DNA of 64,000 nt. Source: an uncultured Alistipes sp. (lineage in GTDB: Bacteria; Bacteroidota; Bacteroidia; Bacteroidales; Rikenellaceae). Under the pieces are notes generated by a model, which ran no database searches, was not told the DNA's origin, and worked only from the letters and a program-made list of their open reading frames with translations. The stretch lies in contig NZ_CAJTXD010000001.1 of assembly GCF_910580175.1 (NCBI RefSeq), positions 10,597-74,596 of the forward strand, written 5' to 3'. Below, piece by piece: positions 55,900 through 64,000 of the stretch. Made by a program: the position numbers and the translations under genes. Position 1 is the first letter of the stretch. Each line of letters begins with the position of its first letter.

Positions 55900-57096
55900 C
55901 TATGCTTCGGTTGCCAGTTCCTGTAACAATCCGATCCAGCGGCGTCCGCATGCTTCGGGCGAAAATTCGGCGGCCCGGGCTTTCATGGCGGGCTGCATGC
56001 GCCGGCGCCGTTCGGAATCCTCCATCAGGGCCGCGAGTTCACGGACGTAGGCTTCTTCGTCGAACGGCTCGATCACGATGCCCGTCGTGCCGTCTTCGCC
56101 CAGCAGTTCGCGCACGCCGTCCGAACAGCCGTAAGCGATCGGCACGACGCCCGAAGCCTGCGCTTCGGCCAGAACCAGCCCCCATCCTTCGAACGTCGAA
56201 GTCATGCACAGAATGGCGGCCGTGTCGTAGTGCTCGCTCGGACAAGTCGAGAATCCGCAGAACTGCACCCGCTGCAATGCGAGTTCCGAGGCCATGCGCT
56301 CCAGGTTTCCACGTTCGGGGCCGTCGCCGACGAGTTTGAGTTCCCAGTCCGGAAAGCGATCTTGCACCCGTGCCCATATGCGCAGCAGCCGGTCGATGCG
56401 TTTGTCTTCGTAGCTCATGCGGCCCACGTAAAGAACTTCGTGCCGCTTTTCGGGATCGGACTCCGCAACTTCGGAAAGCGGGTTGAGCATGGCGCGGATT
56501 TTCGAGCGGGCGTGTTCGGCGCCCACGACCGATTCGAGGGTACGGCGGTAGCCTTCGCAGAGCACGACGAAACGGTCGGTTTGCGCATAGACTCGGCGGT
56601 ACATCCGTTCGAACCGGCGCGTGTAGATTTTGAAAACCCGTTCTTTGGGACGTTTTATGCAATACCACATGAAGCGCTCCCACAACGATCCGTTTTCGAG
56701 AGCTTTTCTCTCTTGCCGGGCCATTTTGCAGTCGACCCACCAGAACGGCATGCCGTGGTCGTGGAAGATGAATTTGCAGTGCGGCCCGACGATGCGGCGC
56801 ACGAGCGTCATGCAGGGCATCGGGTCGATCGGAATGATGCAGCAGTCGATGTGCAGGTCGCGCAGACGTTCGGCCACGGTACGTGCCCAGGTCTTTTTGC
56901 TGCATGACTTTTTGTCCGGCAGCTCGACGAATGTCATGGAGCGCCGGTCTATCGGACGCAGAATCGCTTCGTCGATCTTTTCCGCCAGCAGATATACCTT
57001 GTACCCTCCCCCGCAAAGGGCCGCCGCGATGTCGGCGCTGACGCGTTCGGCACCGCCCATGGGGAACGTGCTGTGGATAAATGCGATATTCTTCAT
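55900..57096 (-). CDS. glycosyltransferase family 4 (GT-B)
   Basis: GGAERV near the N-terminus. C-terminal stretch TSTFEGWGLVLAEAQASGVVPIA (E-x7-E region). Confidence 0.85.
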   Translation of the reverse strand: MKNIAFIHSTFPMGGAERVSADIAAALCGGGYKVYLLAEKIDEAILRPIDRRSMTFVELPDKKSCSKKTWARTVAERLRDLHIDCCIIPIDPMPCMTLVRRIVGPHCKFIFHDHGMPFWWVDCKMARQERKALENGSLWERFMWYCIKRPKERVFKIYTRRFERMYRRVYAQTDRFVVLCEGYRRTLESVVGAEHARSKIRAMLNPLSEVAESDPEKRHEVLYVGRMSYEDKRIDRLLRIWARVQDRFPDWELKLVGDGPERGNLERMASELALQRVQFCGFSTCPSEHYDTAAILCMTSTFEGWGLVLAEAQASGVVPIAYGCSDGVRELLGEDGTTGIVIEPFDEEAYVRELAALMEDSERRRRMQPAMKARAAEFSPEACGRRWIGLLQELATEA

Positions 57097-57249
57097 AGAC
57101 AGATTCGGAGTTCCGAAATTGCGAAAGTACGAAAAATGTGCAGAATACGCAAAAAAACTTAAAGCAAGGCTTCAAAAAACGATGCTTAATTATTGATCTT
57201 ATTTTGCCCAAGAAACGAACCTCCCCCGTCTTCTGTTCTCGGTTTTTAA

Positions 57250-57313
57250 AAGATACTCTCGCTCGGCAAAATGCAAGCGAGCTTGCTTTTGCCCTCGCTT
57301 ATCATTATCTTTG
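57250..57313 (+). repeat. 64-nt palindromic intergenic repeat, copy C (variant 1), ending in a -7 box
   Basis: AAGATACTCTCGCTCGGCAAAATGCAAGCGAGCTTGCTTTTGCCCTCGCTTATCATTATCTTTG. TAtcTTTG at 57306-57313 lies 24 nt before the DUF368 ATG. Confidence 0.8.
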
Positions 57314-57336
57314 TATGTTTTAAATTACGTTGTATC

Positions 57337-58275
57337 ATGAATTTTTCCCGTTTCATCGTTTTGGCGCTCAAGGGGTGCGCCATGGGGATGGCCGATGTCG
57401 TGCCGGGCGTCTCCGGCGGCACGATCGCTTTCATTTCGGGCATCTACGAGGAGTTGATCGGCTCGATCCGCCGCGTCGACGCCACTGCGCTGCGGTTGTT
57501 GGCTAAATTGCGGTTGGGCGACTTTTGGCGCCATATCAACGGGCCGTTTCTGTTGCCCGTTCTGCTCGGGATCGGTGTCGCAGTCTTTTCGTTGGCCCGG
57601 TTGATGACTTATCTGCTTGCCCACCATCCCATCGCCGTGTGGTCGTTCTTCTTCGGGTTGATCGTCGCCTCGGCCTGGCTGGTGTCCCGGCAGATCGGGA
57701 AGTGGGACTGGCGGAGCGTTGCCGCGTTGATCGTGGGGGCTGCCGTCGCTTGGTGGATCACGGTCGCCACGCCGGCCGAGACGCCCGACACTTGGTGGTT
57801 CGTGATGCTGGCCGGGGCCATAGCCATTTGCGCTATGATCCTGCCGGGTATTTCGGGTGCATTCATCCTCTTGTTGTTGGGCAAATACCAATATATATTG
57901 CAGGCTGTCGGCGATTTGAATCTTCCCGTGATCGCTGTTTTTCTGGTCGGCGCCGTGATCGGCATCGTTTCGTTCTCGCATTTGTTGGCTTGGTTGCTCA
58001 AGCATTGGCACGACATGACGGTCGCTACATTGATGGGTTTCATGATCGGTTCGCTCAACAAGGTGTGGCCGTGGAAAGAGGTGCTCGAAACTTATGTCGA
58101 CAGCCACGGCAAGGTGCAGCCTTTGGTCGAGGCCAACATCTGGCCCGGGCGCTTCGAGGCGCTCTACGATCGTCCGGCGTCGGTCGCCGTAGCTGCGGCG
58201 TTGTGCGTCGTCGGATTCCTTGCCATCTATGGAATCGAGGCGGCGGCCCGCGCGATGGCGAAGAAACAGCAATGA
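57337..58275 (+). CDS. DUF368 domain-containing membrane protein
   Basis: ATG at 57337. GCAMGMADVVPGVSGGTIAFISGIYE, with a second PGISGAFILLLLG repeat. Confidence 0.88.
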   Translation: MNFSRFIVLALKGCAMGMADVVPGVSGGTIAFISGIYEELIGSIRRVDATALRLLAKLRLGDFWRHINGPFLLPVLLGIGVAVFSLARLMTYLLAHHPIAVWSFFFGLIVASAWLVSRQIGKWDWRSVAALIVGAAVAWWITVATPAETPDTWWFVMLAGAIAICAMILPGISGAFILLLLGKYQYILQAVGDLNLPVIAVFLVGAVIGIVSFSHLLAWLLKHWHDMTVATLMGFMIGSLNKVWPWKEVLETYVDSHGKVQPLVEANIWPGRFEALYDRPASVAVAAALCVVGFLAIYGIEAAARAMAKKQQ

Positions 58276-59015
58276 CGATGCGGCGTTTCGGTTTGATCGG
58301 CAGGCCGCTGGGCCATTCGGCTTCTGCTGCCTATTTTACGGCGAAATTCGGGCGCGAGGGGATCGCCGATTGCGTTTTCGCGCTCCACGAGCTGCCTTCC
58401 ATCGATGCGCTGCCCGAGTTGTTGCAGGCGATGCCGGAATTGGAGGGCTTCAATGTGACGATTCCTTACAAGCGCGAAGTGATGCGCTACCTCGACGACC
58501 TTTCGTTCGACGCCCGTATGATCGGCGCAGTCAATTGCGTGCGGCGCGAGACCGGCGGGCGGTTGGTCGGGCACAATACGGATATTGTCGGATTGCGTGC
58601 CGCGCTCGACGAGTTGTTGGGCGACGAATTGCCCGGGCAGGCCCTCGTGTTGGGTACGGGCGGTGCTTCGCAAGCGGTGCAATATGCCTTGACGGAGCGG
58701 AACATCCCGTTTTTTCTGGTCTCGCGCGATGCGGGCAAAGGCAATTATACTTACGACAACCTCCCGTGCGAGGTCGTGGAGCAAAGTCCTTTGATTGTCA
58801 ACGCCACGCCCGTGGGCACCTACCCTGCCGTCGGCGAGGCGCCGCGCATTCCCTATGCTTATGTCACGCCGGCGCATCGACTGCTCGACCTGGTCTATAA
58901 TCCGCCGCTTACGCAGTTTCTGGATTACGGGCGGCAGCGTCAGGCCCGGATTTTGAACGGCGAAACGATGTTCCGCGCCCAGGCCGAAGCGGCGTGGGAA
59001 ATATGGAACGCATGA
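58272..59015 (+). CDS. aroE: shikimate dehydrogenase
   Basis: ATG at 58272 (ATGA overlap with the DUF368 stop). FGLIGRPLGHSASAAYF...FNVTIPYKREV...LGTGGASQAV. Confidence 0.9.
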   Translation: MTMRRFGLIGRPLGHSASAAYFTAKFGREGIADCVFALHELPSIDALPELLQAMPELEGFNVTIPYKREVMRYLDDLSFDARMIGAVNCVRRETGGRLVGHNTDIVGLRAALDELLGDELPGQALVLGTGGASQAVQYALTERNIPFFLVSRDAGKGNYTYDNLPCEVVEQSPLIVNATPVGTYPAVGEAPRIPYAYVTPAHRLLDLVYNPPLTQFLDYGRQRQARILNGETMFRAQAEAAWEIWNA

Positions 59016-59029
59016 AAAACAGAATCCGT

Positions 59030-59767
59030 ATGAAACGCATCGCAACTCTTATCATCGCATTGCTTTTGAGTGGAGTAGGATATGCACAAAATGAAGATGT
59101 TGTGCCACCTACTTTCAATGGCGGCGAGGTGCGGTTTTTTCGTGCTCGGCTGGCTGCCCGGATCAAGAATCTGGCCGTGGAGAAGCGCTACCCCTATGCC
59201 GAGCTGTCCGAGCATGTGGCTGTGGCGTTCCGGGTCGATACGGCGGGAGGCATCTCTTGTTGGCGGTTCGCCGACAGCACGAGCCAGGGGCGCGATCATA
59301 TCGACATCGAGCCGGCGAGCGCCGCGACGCGTGCACTGGTGGCCGATGCGTTCGAAAGTCTGGAGGGCGAGTGGCAGCCGGCCCGGCAAGGCGATCGCAA
59401 GGTGCCCTACCAGGTGCGGTTGCGGCTGCGGCTGCCGCTGGAGCGGATCGAGCAGGCGCTGAATCCCGATCCGCTGCTTTTCATGGGTAAAGATCCGCGC
59501 GAGAGTTTTCATCCTTGGCTGCGGAAACATATCCGCTACAACGACCGTTTCCGCAACAATGCCGGCGGCCGGGTGCATGTCCGTTTTTTCATCGAATCCG
59601 ACGGCGGCATTACGATCGACGAGGTGGTCGAAACGCCCGACGAAAAACTTGCTAAGGAAGTGGTGCGCGTCATTCGCAACAGCCGCGGCAAATGGACGCC
59701 CCGCAAGGTCGACGGCATAGCGGCCCGAATGCCCTACGAGATGCTGGTCGATTTCGCGGCCTGGTAA
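59030..59767 (+). CDS. secreted protein with TonB_C-like repeats
   Basis: Signal peptide MKRIATLIIALLLSGVGYAQ; earlier in-frame ATGs exist from 58994. PPTFNGG...VAVAFRVDTAGG and RVHVRFFIESDGGITIDEV...KWTP resemble TonB C-terminal domains. Confidence 0.65.
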   Translation: MKRIATLIIALLLSGVGYAQNEDVVPPTFNGGEVRFFRARLAARIKNLAVEKRYPYAELSEHVAVAFRVDTAGGISCWRFADSTSQGRDHIDIEPASAATRALVADAFESLEGEWQPARQGDRKVPYQVRLRLRLPLERIEQALNPDPLLFMGKDPRESFHPWLRKHIRYNDRFRNNAGGRVHVRFFIESDGGITIDEVVETPDEKLAKEVVRVIRNSRGKWTPRKVDGIAARMPYEMLVDFAAW

Positions 59768-59812
59768 TCCGCCGGTGCGGGGATATAGGCGGGCGACGCG
59801 GCGTTCGGCGGC

Positions 59813-60022
59813 TTATCGGTGGCGCAGCATGGCCTGCGCTTTTTCGTAGTCTTCGGAGCGCACGACCACTTGTGCGGGCATCGTGCCCAGGGGATAGATC
59901 GACGCCATGTATTCGTTGCGGATCGTAGACCAGATGCCGGCGCTGTCGAGCATCGACTTGGCGATTTCGGCTTCGGTGGGGGTGTTGTATTCCGCCAATA
60001 CAACCATAGTTTCGTCTTGCAT
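59813..60022 (-). CDS. DUF2007-like small protein (putative signal-transducing fold)
   Basis: ATG at 60022 (MQDETMVVLAEYNTPTEAEIAKSMLDSAGI...VVRSEDYEKAQAML). 69 aa. Confidence 0.7.
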   Translation of the reverse strand: MQDETMVVLAEYNTPTEAEIAKSMLDSAGIWSTIRNEYMASIYPLGTMPAQVVVRSEDYEKAQAMLRHR

Positions 60023-60110
60023 GTCGGTGGGGTTCGATTGGTTACTTGAAGTTAAGCATTTTGTTGATAAATTGCAAGACTCTTGCCAAGGATTCTCGTA
60101 TAAATTTCCG

Positions 60111-60118
60111 TATATTTG
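60111..60118 (+). promoter_or_regulatory. -7 box (TAtaTTTG) for dnaE
   Basis: Exact match, 47 nt before the ATG at 60165. Confidence 0.55.
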
Positions 60119-60164
60119 CAAAAGTTAGCCCCGGCAGCTTTTCTGCCTTTATTTTTTTTGACTT

Positions 60165-63821
<3,657 letters not shown>

Positions 63822-63880
63822 AAATAACAGAACCCCTTTGCCGGGGTCGGATTCAAACATACGTTTTAATTTTTTTAATT

Positions 63881-64000
63881 ATGGCTTTAGCAATCAACAA
63901 AGACAATTACCAGCAGATCGTTTCGCAGGAGAAGCCTGTGGTCATCGATTTCTGGGCCGAATGGTGCGGCCCTTGCCGTATGATCGCCCCCATCGTCGAC
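63881..64000 (+). CDS. thioredoxin (5' partial, continues past the window end)
   Basis: [40 protein letters not shown] contains the WCGPC active site. Confidence 0.9.
   Translation, partial: MALAINKDNYQQIVSQEKPVVIDFWAEWCGPCRMIAPIVD

Overview
This is a GC-rich chromosomal segment of Bacteroidota type. The phylum call rests on many TAnnTTTG -7 boxes 20-90 nt upstream of start codons, the absence of Shine-Dalgarno sequences, and a Rho with a long disordered insert. An Alistipes/Rikenellaceae-like source is only a guess. About 50 protein genes are mostly housekeeping: rho, ddl, nadD, gmk, serC/serA, lepA, pheT, hisS, ettA, aroE, dnaE, a four-subunit 2-oxoacid:ferredoxin oxidoreductase, an SPFH/NfeD pair, a LytS/LytTR two-component system, and a TolC-HlyD-ABC-2 efflux operon. 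There are two tRNA-Gly genes (GCC and CCC). I found no rRNA, CRISPR array, transposase, integrase or recognisable known defence genes. Many ORFs over 100 aa in the six-frame track are antisense or out-of-frame artefacts of the high GC content, and several true genes start well inside the listed ORF; I re-derived those starts by hand. The only clearly accessory stretch is 805-3454, an AT-rich, gene-poor islet next to tRNA-Gly(GCC). It holds a small XRE regulator, an ORF-free and helix-rich region of about 0.4 kb, and a SLOG-like protein with an unassigned C-terminal half. This is my best candidate for an undescribed module. Other points worth a second look are:
- a palindromic 64-nt intergenic repeat family that carries a promoter box, with compensatory changes in its hairpin;
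- a coupled DUF488 + OB-like gene pair;
- a LytS-type kinase whose first loop resembles the Rho RNA-binding OB domain;
- a RibD-like protein with reversed domain order;
- a NadD-TPR fusion;
- a roughly 135-nt interrupted hairpin.
All family assignments come from motif recognition by eye. No searches were run.
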